Source: a virus (lineage: Duplodnaviria; Heunggongvirae; Uroviricota; Caudoviricetes). From it: a stretch of DNA of 24,423 nt. Every line of letters begins with the position of its first letter. Position 1 is the stretch's first letter. Positions 1 to 8,952 of the stretch are shown one piece after another. The stretch is taken from IMG/VR virus record IMGVR_UViG_2681813316_000024, positions 1 through 24,423 of that record; one strand, given 5' to 3'. The position numbers were made by a program, and so were the translations under genes. Under the pieces are notes generated by a model. That model was not told the DNA's origin. It worked only from the letters and a program-made list of their open reading frames with translations, and ran no database searches.

Positions 1-507
1 ATGGCGCAATCACAAGCCGGATTCGGAATGGCTGCATTCTGTGGTAAGCACGAACTCAGCCAGAACGACAAACAAAAGGCTATCAACTATCTGATGCAAT
101 TTGCACACAAGGTATCGGGGAAATACCGTGGTGTGGCAAAGCTCGAAGGAAATACTAAGGCAAAGGTACTGCAAGTGCTCGCAACATTCGCTTATGCGGA
201 TTATTGCCGTAGTGCCGCGACACCGGGCGCAAGATGCAGAGATTGCCACGGTACTGGCCGGGCCGTTGATATTGCCAAAACAGAACGGTGGGGGAGAGTT
301 GTCGAGAAAGAGTGCGGAAGATGCAAAGGCGTCGGCTATTCAAGGATGCCAGCAAGCGCAGCATATCGCGCTGTGACGATGCTAATCCCAAACCTTACCC
401 AACCCACCTGGTCACGCACTGTTAAGCCGCTGTATGACGCTCTGGTGGTTCAATGCCACAAGGAAGAGTCAATCGCAGACAACATTTTGAATGCAGTCAC
501 ACGTTAG
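1..507 (+). CDS. Q: Late-gene antiterminator Q (lambda Q type); 5' end cut by the window edge
   Basis: The 168-aa ORF matches my memory of the C-terminal ~170 aa of lambda Q almost residue for residue (MAQSQAGFGMAAFCGKHELSQNDKQKAINYLMQFAHK...NILNAVTR). It includes the zinc motif CRDCHGTG...CGRCKGVG. The first Met is internal in lambda Q, so the true start lies upstream of the window. Confidence 0.95.
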   Translation: MAQSQAGFGMAAFCGKHELSQNDKQKAINYLMQFAHKVSGKYRGVAKLEGNTKAKVLQVLATFAYADYCRSAATPGARCRDCHGTGRAVDIAKTERWGRVVEKECGRCKGVGYSRMPASAAYRAVTMLIPNLTQPTWSRTVKPLYDALVVQCHKEESIADNILNAVTR

Positions 508-549
508 CAGCATGATTGCCACGGATGGCAACATATTAACGGCATGATA

Positions 550-591
550 TTGACTTTTTGAATAAAGTTGGGTAAATTTGACTCTAACGAT
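550..591 (+). promoter_or_regulatory. Late promoter pR' with overlapping qut (Q-utilisation) site and a sigma70 promoter-proximal pause element
   Basis: TTGACT (550-555), a 17-nt spacer and TAAATT (573-578) form the promoter. AACGAT (586-591) follows; this is the -10-like pause inducer of lambda pR'. The whole block is nearly identical to the lambda pR'/qut sequence as I remember it, and it sits directly downstream of Q. Confidence 0.8.
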
Positions 592-609
592 GGGTTGCTG
601 CCTTCGTTC

Positions 610-645
610 AAGCCCTGATATTAACGTCTCGGGGCTTTTTGCGTT
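610..645 (+). terminator. Intrinsic terminator of the short pR' leader (functional analogue of lambda tR')
   Basis: A 9-bp stem pairs AAGCCCTGA (610-618) with TCGGGGCTT (629-637), with one G-U pair and a 10-nt loop. It is followed by TTTGCGTTTT. It lies about 50-60 nt after the predicted pR' start, so the 6S-like leader RNA would be much shorter than lambda's. Confidence 0.55.
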
Positions 646-876
646 TTAAGCACAACGGAAAGCCTTCTTTCATGCCCTGCTTAGGCTCGACACTAAGTAT
701 TTGGGAGAGTTGGCTTCCCCATGTGGTTAAAACATGGTTTGTAATGGGTACTCAGCCAAAGAACCTTCCTGTAGGGCGCTGAGCTAAGTCTCACGTAGTA
801 GCCACCACATCCTAACCTGCTACCTCAGGAAATCGGTCGAAAGACGCCTGATAAACGTAACTGGTCCCCTTCAGCT

Positions 877-1233
877 ATGGCTAGACCGGCCAGTCGAAAA
901 GCAGTATCGTCACTGCCTGCCATAGCGAACATAGACGAGCAACTAGACGAGGTTGTTATGGAAAAAATCTCTGGAAGAGAACTGCATTTTCTCAATCGAA
1001 TTCTTCAATTTAAGCAGGAGAGAATTGCTGATTCTGACGTACAGGATGATGAGATTCTCATGGTTGACTCATTGGTCCGTCATGGATATCTTGCTGTTGG
1101 CTTTTTCGACCGTGATAATAACGGCGGATATCATAGCTTAATGCAATACTACTCTCTTACCGAACTTGGCGTTGCAGCTCATAAAGATGAATGGAAATGG
1201 AGAGGGAATCCAAATTCAAATAAAGGTCGCTAA
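877..1233 (+). CDS. Hypothetical protein (118 aa; 91 aa if started at ATG 958) on a foreign insert between pR'/tR' and the lysis genes
   Basis: This is the only long ORF in the 0.65-1.5 kb gap. ATG 958 has a good SD (GAGG, then 5 nt). ATG 877 has none. The stop codon sits in the loop of a strong terminator hairpin. The pattern ...SGRELHFLNRILQF...DSLVRHGYLAVGF... looks like a small winged-helix fold, but I recognise no family. Confidence 0.5.
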   Translation: MARPASRKAVSSLPAIANIDEQLDEVVMEKISGRELHFLNRILQFKQERIADSDVQDDEILMVDSLVRHGYLAVGFFDRDNNGGYHSLMQYYSLTELGVAAHKDEWKWRGNPNSNKGR

Positions 1234-1248
1234 GGCGGCCTTTTTATT
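1223..1248 (+). terminator. Intrinsic terminator immediately after the insert ORF
   Basis: An 8-bp stem pairs AAGGTCGC (1223-1230) with GCGGCCTT (1235-1242), with one G-U pair. The 4-nt loop UAAG contains the stop codon. A T5 run follows (1241-1245). Confidence 0.7.
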
Positions 1249-1516
1249 GCACGACATTTCTGAAAGCGCATTCCACCAAAAACCAGACAGACAAAACCCT
1301 CACCTTATCCGCTGTGGCTACGGTGCGGTGTGCTTTGCATAAAAGAAAACCAGCTCAATGGCTGGCTTCGTGAAAGCGGGTGGCAAGAGGTTGCGCTAAC
1401 AACCTGATGCCGTTTTGCCCGTGCATATCGGTCACGAACAAATCTGATTACTAAACACAGTAGCCTGGATTTGTTCTATCAGTAATCGACCTTATTCCTA
1501 ATTAAATAGAGCAAAT

Positions 1517-1530
1517 CCCCTTATTGGGGG
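1517..1530 (+). promoter_or_regulatory. sdi-type stem-loop upstream of the dual-start S gene
   Basis: CCCC-TTATT-GGGGG lies just 5' of ATGAAGATG. The sequence from about 1420 onward matches lambda upstream of S as I remember it. In lambda this hairpin sets the S107:S105 initiation ratio. Confidence 0.5.
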
Positions 1531-1536
1531 TAAGAC

Positions 1537-1860
1537 ATGAAGATGCCAGAAAAACATGACCTGTTAGCCGCCATTCTCGCGGCAAAGGAACAAGGCATCG
1601 GGGCAATCCTTGCGTTTGCAATGGCGTACCTTCGCGGCAGATATAATGGCGGTGCGTTTACAAAAACAGTAATCGACGCAACGATGTGCGCCATTATCGC
1701 CTGGTTCATTCGTGACCTTCTCGACTTCGCCGGACTAAGTAGCAATCTCGCTTATATAACGAGCGTGTTCATCGGCTACATCGGTACTGACTCGATTGGT
1801 TCGCTTATCAAACGCTTCGCTGCTAAAAAAGCCGGAGTAGAAGATGGTGGAAATCAATAA
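1537..1860 (+). CDS. S: Class I holin/antiholin S (S107/S105 dual start, Met1-Lys2-Met3)
   Basis: The 107-aa product is essentially identical to lambda S ([41 protein letters not shown]...). It has the MKM dual-start motif and three hydrophobic segments. Its end overlaps the R start. Confidence 0.96.
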   Translation: MKMPEKHDLLAAILAAKEQGIGAILAFAMAYLRGRYNGGAFTKTVIDATMCAIIAWFIRDLLDFAGLSSNLAYITSVFIGYIGTDSIGSLIKRFAAKKAGVEDGGNQ

Positions 1861-2320
1861 TCAACGTAAGGCGTTCCTCGATATGCTGGCGTGGTCAGAG
1901 GGAACTGATAACGGACGGCAGAAAACCAGAAATCATGGTTATGACGTCATTGTTGGCGGAGAGCTATTCACTGATTACTCCGATCACCCTCGCAAACTTG
2001 TCACGCTAAACCCCAAACTCAAATCAACAGCAGCCGGACGTTACCAGCTTCTTTCCCGTTGGTGGGATGCCTATCGTAAGCAGCTTGGCCTGAAAGACTT
2101 CTCTCCGAAAAGCCAGGACGCTGTGGCACTGCAACAGATTAAAGAGCGTGGCGCTTTACCGATGATTGATCGCGGTGATATCCGTCAGGCTATCGACCGT
2201 TGCAGCAATATCTGGGCTTCACTGCCGGGCGCTGGTTATGGTCAGTTCGAGCATAAGGCTGACAACCTGATTGCAAAATTCAAAGAAGCAGGCGGAACGG
2301 TCAGAGAGATTGAGGTATGA
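1844..2320 (+). CDS. R: Endolysin R (lambda-type lytic transglycosylase)
   Basis: The 158-aa product is near-identical to lambda R ([39 protein letters not shown]...). The catalytic Glu context AWSEGT is present. Confidence 0.96.
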   Translation: MVEINNQRKAFLDMLAWSEGTDNGRQKTRNHGYDVIVGGELFTDYSDHPRKLVTLNPKLKSTAAGRYQLLSRWWDAYRKQLGLKDFSPKSQDAVALQQIKERGALPMIDRGDIRQAIDRCSNIWASLPGAGYGQFEHKADNLIAKFKEAGGTVREIEV

Positions 2321-2754
2321 GCAGAGTAACCGCGATTATCTCCGCTCTGGTTATCTGCATCATCGTCTGCCTGTCATGGGCTGTTAATCATTACCGTGAT
2401 AACGCCATGACCTACAAAGAGCAGCGCGATAAAGCCACATCCACAATCGCTGACATGCAGAAGCGTCAACGTGATGTAGCTGAACTCGATGCCAGATACA
2501 CAAAGGAGCTTGCTGATGCTAACGCGACTATCGAAAGTCTCCGTGCTGATGTTTCTGCTGGGCGTAAGCGCCTGCAGGTCGCCGCCACCTGTGCAAAGTC
2601 AACGACCGGAGCCAGCGGCATGGGCGATGGAGAAAGCCCAAGACTTACAGCAGATGCTGAACTCAATTATTACCGTCTCCGAAGTGGAATCGACAGGATA
2701 ACCGCGCAGGTTAACTACCTGCAGGAATACATCAGGACGCAATGCCTTCGATGA
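2317..2754 (+). CDS. Rz: Inner-membrane spanin subunit Rz (i-spanin)
   Basis: ATGA start/stop overlap with R. It has an N-terminal TM helix ([18 protein letters not shown]) followed by a charged coiled-coil periplasmic part. The first ~30 aa match lambda Rz; the remainder differs. Confidence 0.9.
   Translation: MSRVTAIISALVICIIVCLSWAVNHYRDNAMTYKEQRDKATSTIADMQKRQRDVAELDARYTKELADANATIESLRADVSAGRKRLQVAATCAKSTTGASGMGDGESPRLTADAELNYYRLRSGIDRITAQVNYLQEYIRTQCLR
2516..2701 (+). CDS. Rz1: Outer-membrane lipoprotein spanin subunit Rz1 (o-spanin), embedded in the +1 frame of Rz
   Basis: SD AAGGAG (2503-2508) lies 7 nt before ATG 2516. The signal peptide [19 protein letters not shown]|C carries a lipobox. 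The mature part is about 41 aa and proline-rich ([13 protein letters not shown]). It is wholly nested inside Rz, the classic lambda/P22 architecture. Confidence 0.8.
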   Translation: MLTRLSKVSVLMFLLGVSACRSPPPVQSQRPEPAAWAMEKAQDLQQMLNSIITVSEVESTG

Positions 2755-2894
2755 TAGCGATAATTTTACTCATCATCCTTCACATCTGGCTCTGTAGACA
2801 GGGTGGTGATCACTTCTGGAGTGAATCCAGATTAAACATCTCATTGCTGATGCTTGATATTGAGCATCTGGCGCGCGGTAAGGGGCTGCGTTGA
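2751..2894 (+). CDS. Possible 47-aa small membrane peptide, translationally coupled to Rz (speculative)
   Basis: I found this by hand; it is below the ORF-track size cutoff. ATG 2751 overlaps the Rz stop (ATGA). The product is [47 protein letters not shown], with a strongly hydrophobic N-terminal 15 aa. I know of no homologue. Confidence 0.2.
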   Translation: MIAIILLIILHIWLCRQGGDHFWSESRLNISLLMLDIEHLARGKGLR

Positions 2895-3133
2895 GATAAG
2901 AGCCAGTTCATTACAAAGCCTATCTACTGGTGGGCTTGATAATGAAACCGGAATTTATTCTGGGTAACCAGTTACGGCAGTACAGCGAAACAACCCAAGC
3001 CAGTAAGTGGGGAAATAACACTGGCAGCCACTGAAAGATGAACCTCCTGCCTTATGGCAAAAAAAGATTCTTTGTGGTGGCGGACTGATGGAAAGACATC
3101 CTAATCAAGCAACCACTCCACAGGGTCATAATT

Positions 3134-3514
3134 ATGAACGACCAGCAAATCGAAAAAGAAATCGTTGAGAAAGGCAAAACCGCTCCGAGAATCACTCCGC
3201 AGCACATCGAAGACGTGATTAAAAGCGAGCATTACTTTACTGCTTATGATGGACGTAATGGTGCCATTTCCAGCAACGAATATTGTGGCAGGGAAAAACC
3301 AGAAGAAGGCGATCGTGATTTATCACCATTGAAGTTGCTCACTTTCTGCGTACTGGTGCTGAAGAATGGCTTCACCGTCACCGGAGAGAGTGCCTGTGCA
3401 AGCCCGGAAAACTTTGATGCAGAAATTGGTCGGAAGATTGCCCGGCAAAATGCTGTAAACAAAATCTGGATGCTCGAAGGTTACTTGCTGAAGCAGAAGC
3501 TAAGCGAACAGTAG
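3134..3514 (+). CDS. Conserved phage protein, probably N4 Gp49 / Sf6 gene 66 family (unknown function)
   Basis: 126-aa ORF. The C-terminal pattern ...LTFCVLVLKNGFTVTGESACASPENFDAEIGRKIARQNAVNKIW.LEGY resembles that family as I remember it. It lies between lysis and terminase genes, as in other P22-like phages. Confidence 0.6.
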   Translation: MNDQQIEKEIVEKGKTAPRITPQHIEDVIKSEHYFTAYDGRNGAISSNEYCGREKPEEGDRDLSPLKLLTFCVLVLKNGFTVTGESACASPENFDAEIGRKIARQNAVNKIWMLEGYLLKQKLSEQ

Positions 3515-3617
3515 TTATTACAAAAGCCATTCCCTACAGAGTGGCTTTGATAATGGCTTATACCCTACACGGGATAACTTAACTGATATCCCTTTTAACG
3601 GATAAACGGAGCCAACA

Positions 3618-3860
3618 ATGGCAGAGATTATTCCCATGACTGAAGAACAGAAATTCAAGTTAGAAATTTACCGACTGCTATCTAAGAACAATTCAGCGGC
3701 AGAGGAAGCGTTTGCATTCATTGGGGCTGACCAGCTGAAACTGGAATTGTTCAAGTTGCACTACAACGATGGCGGTGCAAATCCAGACTTCACATCTCGC
3801 ACTATCGAAGCGGTGCGTAAATCGAAGGAAGCGTTAGACCTGTTCACTACCGGAGCATGA
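3618..3860 (+). CDS. Hypothetical small phage protein (80 aa)
   Basis: Clean ORF with SD (ACGGAG) about 7 nt upstream. It has no overlap with other genes and sits directly upstream of the small terminase gene, where P22-like phages carry small accessory ORFs. Confidence 0.55.
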   Translation: MAEIIPMTEEQKFKLEIYRLLSKNNSAAEEAFAFIGADQLKLELFKLHYNDGGANPDFTSRTIEAVRKSKEALDLFTTGA

Positions 3861-3895
3861 TGCTCAGCCTGAAATGACAACTAAGTGAGATGAAT

Positions 3896-4384
3896 ATGGC
3901 AGCACCAAAGGGCAACCGATTTTGGGAGGCCCGCAGTAGTCATGGGCGAAATCCTAAATTCGAATCGCCTGAGGCGCTGTGGGCAGCTTGTTGTGAATAC
4001 TTCGAGTGGGCTGATGATAACCCGCTATGGGAGGGAAAGGTATTTTCATATCAGGGAGAAATAATTAAGGCTAATGTCCCTAAGATGCGAGCCATGACTA
4101 TTTCAGGATTGTGTACCTTCCTTGATATCACCAGGCAAACATGGGGAACCTTCCGGTCAATGGAAGGTTTTTCTGACGTCACATCACGAGCGGAAGACAT
4201 CATCTACGACCAGAAATTCTCTGGCGCAGCCGCTGACCTTCTCAACGCTAACATCATCGCCCGTGATTTGGGCCTCAAAGAGCAGTCGCAAGTTGAAGAC
4301 GTGACACCTGATAAGGGAGATCGCGATAAGCGACGCTCTCGTATCAAGGAGCTATTCAACCGTGGAACTGGACGCGATTCTTGA
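3896..4384 (+). CDS. 3: Terminase small subunit (P22 gp3 type)
   Basis: From the second Met, [38 protein letters not shown]... and the C-terminus ...[24 protein letters not shown] match P22 gp3 (162 aa) as I remember it. The central part (about residues 40-100) diverges. An alternative start lies at 3890. Confidence 0.9.
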   Translation: MAAPKGNRFWEARSSHGRNPKFESPEALWAACCEYFEWADDNPLWEGKVFSYQGEIIKANVPKMRAMTISGLCTFLDITRQTWGTFRSMEGFSDVTSRAEDIIYDQKFSGAAADLLNANIIARDLGLKEQSQVEDVTPDKGDRDKRRSRIKELFNRGTGRDS

Positions 4385-5861
4385 TAACCTGAGCGACGAA
4401 GAGCAAATCGAATTGCTCGAGCTACTCGAAGAAGAAGAGAACTACCGGAACACACACCTGCTATATGAATTTACGCCATACAGCAAACAGCGTGAGTTCA
4501 TCGACGCCGGGCATGACTATCCAGAGCGATGTTTTATGGCTGGTAACCAGCTTGGTAAGTCATTTACTGGTGCTGCTGAAGTCGCGTTTCACCTTACAGG
4601 GCGTTATCCGGGAACAAAAGGCTATCCGGATGATGGTAAATATGGCGGGGAGTGGAAAGGTAAGCGTTTCTATGAGCCTGTTGTCTTCTGGATTGGCGGC
4701 GAGACAAACGAGACGGTAACCAAAACGACTCAACGCATCCTGTGCGGTCGTATCGAAGAGAATGACGAGCCAGGCTACGGTTCCATACCGAAAGAAGACA
4801 TCATTAGCTGGAAGAAGTCTCCTTTCTTTCCGAACCTTGTTGATCACCTTCTGGTTAAGCATCACACGGCTGATGGCGTTGAAGATGGCATTTCAATCTG
4901 CTACTTCAAACCATACTCGCAAGGCCGTGCTCGCTGGCAGGGTGACACAATCCACGGCGTGTGGTTTGACGAAGAGCCACCATACAGCATTTATGGCGAA
5001 GGTCTTACCCGTACCAACAAATACGGGCAATTCTCAATCCTGACGTTTACCCCGCTGATGGGGATGTCTGACGTTGTTACCAAGTTCCTGAAGAATCCCA
5101 GCAAGTCGCAGAAAGTGGTCAACATGACCATCTATGACGCTGAGCACTACACCGACGAGCAGAAAGAGCAAATCATCGCATCCTATCCTGAGCATGAGAG
5201 AGAGGCGCGTGCTCGCGGTATTCCTACGATGGGTAGCGGACGAATCTTCCAGATACCGGAAGAGACGATTAAGTGTCAGCCGTTCGAGTGTCCTGATCAC
5301 TTCTACGTAATTGGCGGGATGGATTTCGGATGGGATCACCCACAGGCGCAGGTTCAGCTTTGGTGGGATAAGGACGCAGACACAATCTACGTTTCACGCG
5401 TGTGGAAGGCGAAAGAAAAAACAGCCGTTCAGGCATGGGGAGCCGTTAAATCATGGGCGCATAAAGTGCCAACAGCATGGCCTCATGACGGAAACCAGCA
5501 TGAGAAGGGCGGTGGTGAGCAGCTCAAAGGGCAGTATGCAGACGCTGGATTTATGATGTTGCAGGAGCATGCGACATGGCCTGATGGCGGTAATGCTGTT
5601 GAGCCTGGCATCACTGAATTGCGAGACATGATGCTCGATGGCCGCTTCAAAGTATTCAACACCTGTGAGCCATTCTTTGAGGAGTTCCGCCTCTATCACC
5701 GTGATGAAAACGGGAAGATCGTCAAGCTTAACGACGACGTTCTCTCAGCCGTTCGCTATGCATACATGATGCGCCGCTTCGCCAAAATGATGCGCGACAT
5801 CAAAAAACCAAAAGAGAAAAAGATACCAGCCCCAATCAGGCCCATCGCACGGAGAACTTAA
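4362..5861 (+). CDS. 2: Terminase large subunit (P22 gp2 type)
   Basis: The 499-aa product matches P22 gp2 in length and N-terminus ([30 protein letters not shown]...). The Walker A-like motif GNQLGKS is present. It overlaps the gene 3 end by 23 nt. Confidence 0.95.
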   Translation: MELDAILDNLSDEEQIELLELLEEEENYRNTHLLYEFTPYSKQREFIDAGHDYPERCFMAGNQLGKSFTGAAEVAFHLTGRYPGTKGYPDDGKYGGEWKGKRFYEPVVFWIGGETNETVTKTTQRILCGRIEENDEPGYGSIPKEDIISWKKSPFFPNLVDHLLVKHHTADGVEDGISICYFKPYSQGRARWQGDTIHGVWFDEEPPYSIYGEGLTRTNKYGQFSILTFTPLMGMSDVVTKFLKNPSKSQKVVNMTIYDAEHYTDEQKEQIIASYPEHEREARARGIPTMGSGRIFQIPEETIKCQPFECPDHFYVIGGMDFGWDHPQAQVQLWWDKDADTIYVSRVWKAKEKTAVQAWGAVKSWAHKVPTAWPHDGNQHEKGGGEQLKGQYADAGFMMLQEHATWPDGGNAVEPGITELRDMMLDGRFKVFNTCEPFFEEFRLYHRDENGKIVKLNDDVLSAVRYAYMMRRFAKMMRDIKKPKEKKIPAPIRPIARRT

Positions 5862-8027
5862 ATGGCCGACGAAAACAGACTCAATTCCATTCTGTGTAAG
5901 TTTGACGCGGACTGGATGGCGAGCGATGAAGCCAGAACCGAGGCGACAAATGACCTGTATTTTAGCCGAGTGTCGCAATGGGATGACTGGCTATCAAACT
6001 ACACTACCCTGCAATATCGGGGACAATTCGATGTTGTTCGCCCGGTGGTCAGGAAACTGGTCGCAGAGATGCGCCGGAACCCTATCGACGTTCTCTTCCG
6101 ACCCAAAGACGGCGCTAATCCTGATGCTGCCGATGTGTTGATGGGAATGTATCGTACTGATATGCGCCATAACACGGCAAAGATTGCCGTTAACGTTGGC
6201 GTTCGTGAGCAGATAGAGTCCGGCGTTGGTGCATGGCGTCTGGTCACCCAGTACGAAGACAACGACCCAACAAGCAACAATCAGGTAATCCGACGCCTGC
6301 CAATCCATGAAGCCTGCTCACACGTCATATGGGACGCCAACAGCAAGCAGATGGATAAGAGCGACGCTAAGCACTGCACGGTGATTAACGCTTTGTCACG
6401 CAATGGCTGGAAAGAGTTCGCAGAGGATTACGGTATTGATCCTGACACCTTGCCATCTTTCCAGAATCCGAACGATACATGGCTGTTTCCGTGGGTATCG
6501 AATGATGTCGTCTACGTCGCTGAGTATTACGAGGTCGAAGAGAAGAAAGAGAAAGTCTTCATCTACCGCGACCCGCTGACAGGTGAGCCGGTAAGCTATT
6601 ACCAGCAGGATATCAAAGACGTCATCGACGACCTGGCTAATCGTGGATTCATTAAGGTAGCAGAGCGCAAGGTGAAGCGTCGGCGTGTGTATAAGTCGAT
6701 CATCACCTGTACGCAGATACTGAAAGACCGCGAGAAGATAGCCGGAGAGCATATTCCAATCGTTCCAGTGTATGGTGAATGGTCATTCGCTGGTGACAAG
6801 GAGTGCTACGAAGGAGTGGTAAGGCTGACGAAAGACGGTCAACGCCTTCGTAACATGATCATGTCGTTCAACGCCGATATTGTTGCTCGTTCACCGAAGA
6901 AGAAACCGACCTTCTTCCCTGAGCAAATCGAAGGCTACGAATACATGTACGGTGGAAATGATGACTATCCGTACTATCTGCAGAACAGGACCGATGAAAA
7001 CGGTAACGACCTGCCGATTGGTCCAATCTCCTACATGGAAAACCCTGAAGTGCCGCAAGCCAACGCTTACATGCTTGAGGCAGCCACCAACGCAGTGAAA
7101 GAGGTGGCTAGTCTTGGCGTGGATGCGCAGGCGGCAAATGGTCAGGTCGCTTTCGATACCGTCAATCAACTGAACATGCGGGCAGACCTTGAGACATACG
7201 TGTTTCAGGATAACCTGGCTACCGCAATGCGACGTGATGGCGAGATTTATGCCTCAATGGTCAACGATATTTATGACGTTCCTCGCCATGTAACGCTGAC
7301 TCTTGAAGACGGAAGCGAGAAAGACGTTCAACTCTACGCGCAAGTTGTAGATTACCAGTCCGGCAATGTGGTCACACTCAACGACATTCGCGGTCGCTAT
7401 GAGTGCTATACAGACGTTGGACCATCCTTCCAGAGTATGAAGGAACAGAACCGCGCAGAGATTCAGGAGTTACTCACCAAGGTTCCACAAGGTACTCCAG
7501 AGTTCCAGATGCTGATGCTGCAATACTTCACGCTGCTTGATGGTAAAGGCGTCGAGATGATGCGAGAGTACGCGAACAAGCAACTGGTGATGATGGGGCT
7601 GAAGAAACCAGAAACACCTGAAGAGATGGAGATGGTACAGCAGGCTCAACAGCAGCCGCAGCAGCCATCAGCAGAGCAAATTCAGGCGCAGGGTATCCTT
7701 CTGCAAGGTCAGGCTGAATTGCTCAAGGCAGAGAACCAACAGGCGCAGATTCAGGTTGAAGCCGCCAAGGTTGAAGCCCAAAACCAACTCAACGCCGCGA
7801 AGATTGCGGAAATCTTCAACAATATGGACCTAGACAAGCAGGCAGAACTGCGTGAGTACCTCAAGCTCGTAGGTCAATTCCAGCAACAGCGCAGCAAAGA
7901 TGCTCGTGCTAACGCTGAGCTGCTTCTTAAAGATGCAGACCAGACTCATTCACAACGCATGGATTTCGCGAATCTTATGCGTCAAGTTCAAATCCCCTCC
8001 GGCGGAGTAGCCGAGACACCTCAATAA
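5862..8027 (+). CDS. 1: Portal protein (P22 gp1 type)
   Basis: 721 aa, collinear with P22 gp1 (...[16 protein letters not shown]..., ...[24 protein letters not shown]...). It includes the Q-rich C-terminal coiled-coil barrel region. Confidence 0.95.
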   Translation: MADENRLNSILCKFDADWMASDEARTEATNDLYFSRVSQWDDWLSNYTTLQYRGQFDVVRPVVRKLVAEMRRNPIDVLFRPKDGANPDAADVLMGMYRTDMRHNTAKIAVNVGVREQIESGVGAWRLVTQYEDNDPTSNNQVIRRLPIHEACSHVIWDANSKQMDKSDAKHCTVINALSRNGWKEFAEDYGIDPDTLPSFQNPNDTWLFPWVSNDVVYVAEYYEVEEKKEKVFIYRDPLTGEPVSYYQQDIKDVIDDLANRGFIKVAERKVKRRRVYKSIITCTQILKDREKIAGEHIPIVPVYGEWSFAGDKECYEGVVRLTKDGQRLRNMIMSFNADIVARSPKKKPTFFPEQIEGYEYMYGGNDDYPYYLQNRTDENGNDLPIGPISYMENPEVPQANAYMLEAATNAVKEVASLGVDAQAANGQVAFDTVNQLNMRADLETYVFQDNLATAMRRDGEIYASMVNDIYDVPRHVTLTLEDGSEKDVQLYAQVVDYQSGNVVTLNDIRGRYECYTDVGPSFQSMKEQNRAEIQELLTKVPQGTPEFQMLMLQYFTLLDGKGVEMMREYANKQLVMMGLKKPETPEEMEMVQQAQQQPQQPSAEQIQAQGILLQGQAELLKAENQQAQIQVEAAKVEAQNQLNAAKIAEIFNNMDLDKQAELREYLKLVGQFQQQRSKDARANAELLLKDADQTHSQRMDFANLMRQVQIPSGGVAETPQ

Positions 8028-8040
8028 GAGAGAGTTAACC

Positions 8041-8952
8041 ATGGACCAAACCACCGACATTCAGGCTTCTGAAGAATTAACCCTGCCCGGCAATCATGCA
8101 GCGGCATCTGCTGATGGCTTAGTTGTCGATAATGCCAACGACAACGCAGGTCAGGAAGAAGGCTTCGAGATTGTCCTGAAAGACGATGAGAAACCAAAAC
8201 AAGACCCGGCAACTAATGCTGAATTTGCCCGTCGCCGCATTGAACGCAAACGCCAGCGTGAGCTTGAGCAGCAGATGGAAGCGGTTAAGCGTGGAGAGTT
8301 GCCGGAGCACCTGCGGGTGAACCCTGAGTTACCAAAACAACCAGACCCTAACGATTATCTTTCCGAAGATGCACTGGCTAAGTACGACTATGACCAGAGC
8401 CGCGCACTGGCTGCCTTCCAGCAGGCAAACAGTGAATGGCAGATCAAGGCTATGGACGCACGAAGCCAGGCTGTCGCCGAGCAGGGTCGCAAAACTCAGG
8501 AGTTCACCCAGCAATCAGCGCAATACGTCGAGGCAGCCCGTAAGCACTACGACGCAGCGGAAAAGCTCAATATCCCTGACTATCAGGAGAAAGAGGATGC
8601 ATTCATGCAACTGGTGCCGCCAGCAGTCGGTGCCGACATCATGCGCCTCTTCCCGGAGAAATCCGCCGCTCTCATGTATCACCTTGGTGCTAATCCTGAG
8701 AAAACACGCCAGTTGCTGGCGATGGACGGGCAATCCGCGCTGATTGAACTCACTCGACTGTCAGAACGTTTAACTCTCAAGCCTCGAGCCAAGCCAGTTT
8801 CAGAAGCCCCGTTACCTGATGAACCCATTCAGGGACACGCTGTTGCTGCAAATATTTCTGCGATTGAAAAGCAGATGGAAGCGGCAGCAAACAAAGGGGA
8901 TGTAGAGACATACCGCAAGCTCAAGGCGCAACTGAATAAAGGAATTCGATAA
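8041..8952 (+). CDS. 8: Scaffolding protein (P22 gp8 type)
   Basis: 303 aa, the same length as P22 gp8, with long identical stretches ([30 protein letters not shown]..., ...[11 protein letters not shown]). Confidence 0.95.
   Translation: MDQTTDIQASEELTLPGNHAAASADGLVVDNANDNAGQEEGFEIVLKDDEKPKQDPATNAEFARRRIERKRQRELEQQMEAVKRGELPEHLRVNPELPKQPDPNDYLSEDALAKYDYDQSRALAAFQQANSEWQIKAMDARSQAVAEQGRKTQEFTQQSAQYVEAARKHYDAAEKLNIPDYQEKEDAFMQLVPPAVGADIMRLFPEKSAALMYHLGANPEKTRQLLAMDGQSALIELTRLSERLTLKPRAKPVSEAPLPDEPIQGHAVAANISAIEKQMEAAANKGDVETYRKLKAQLNKGIR

Noticed and set aside
646-876. Possible tRNA genes in the Q-to-S gap, as in Stx phages
   Set aside because: I scanned by eye for T-loop (GGTTCGAAT-like) and cloverleaf-compatible arms and found none. 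The CCATGT-GGTTAAA-ACATGG hairpin has a 6-bp stem and lacks the U33 and purine-37 pattern of an anticodon arm.
1349-1410. Two short hairpins upstream of S: CCAGC-TCAATG-GCTGG (which would read as a terminator on the minus strand) and AGGTTG-CGCTAA-CAACCT
   Set aside because: The stems are only 5-6 bp. No minus-strand gene ends here. The second hairpin lies in sequence that appears shared with lambda upstream of S, so it is unlikely to be a distinct feature.
3515-3560. Possible terminator after the gp49-like gene (AAAGCCA...TGGCTTT)
   Set aside because: The loop is 12 nt and there is no real T-tract after the stem. The site lies inside a late operon that must be read through. The evidence is insufficient.
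7620-7800. Q-rich, CAG-rich repetitive stretch in the portal gene
   Set aside because: It corresponds to the known C-terminal coiled-coil barrel of P22-type portals, so it is compositional rather than an independent repeat element.
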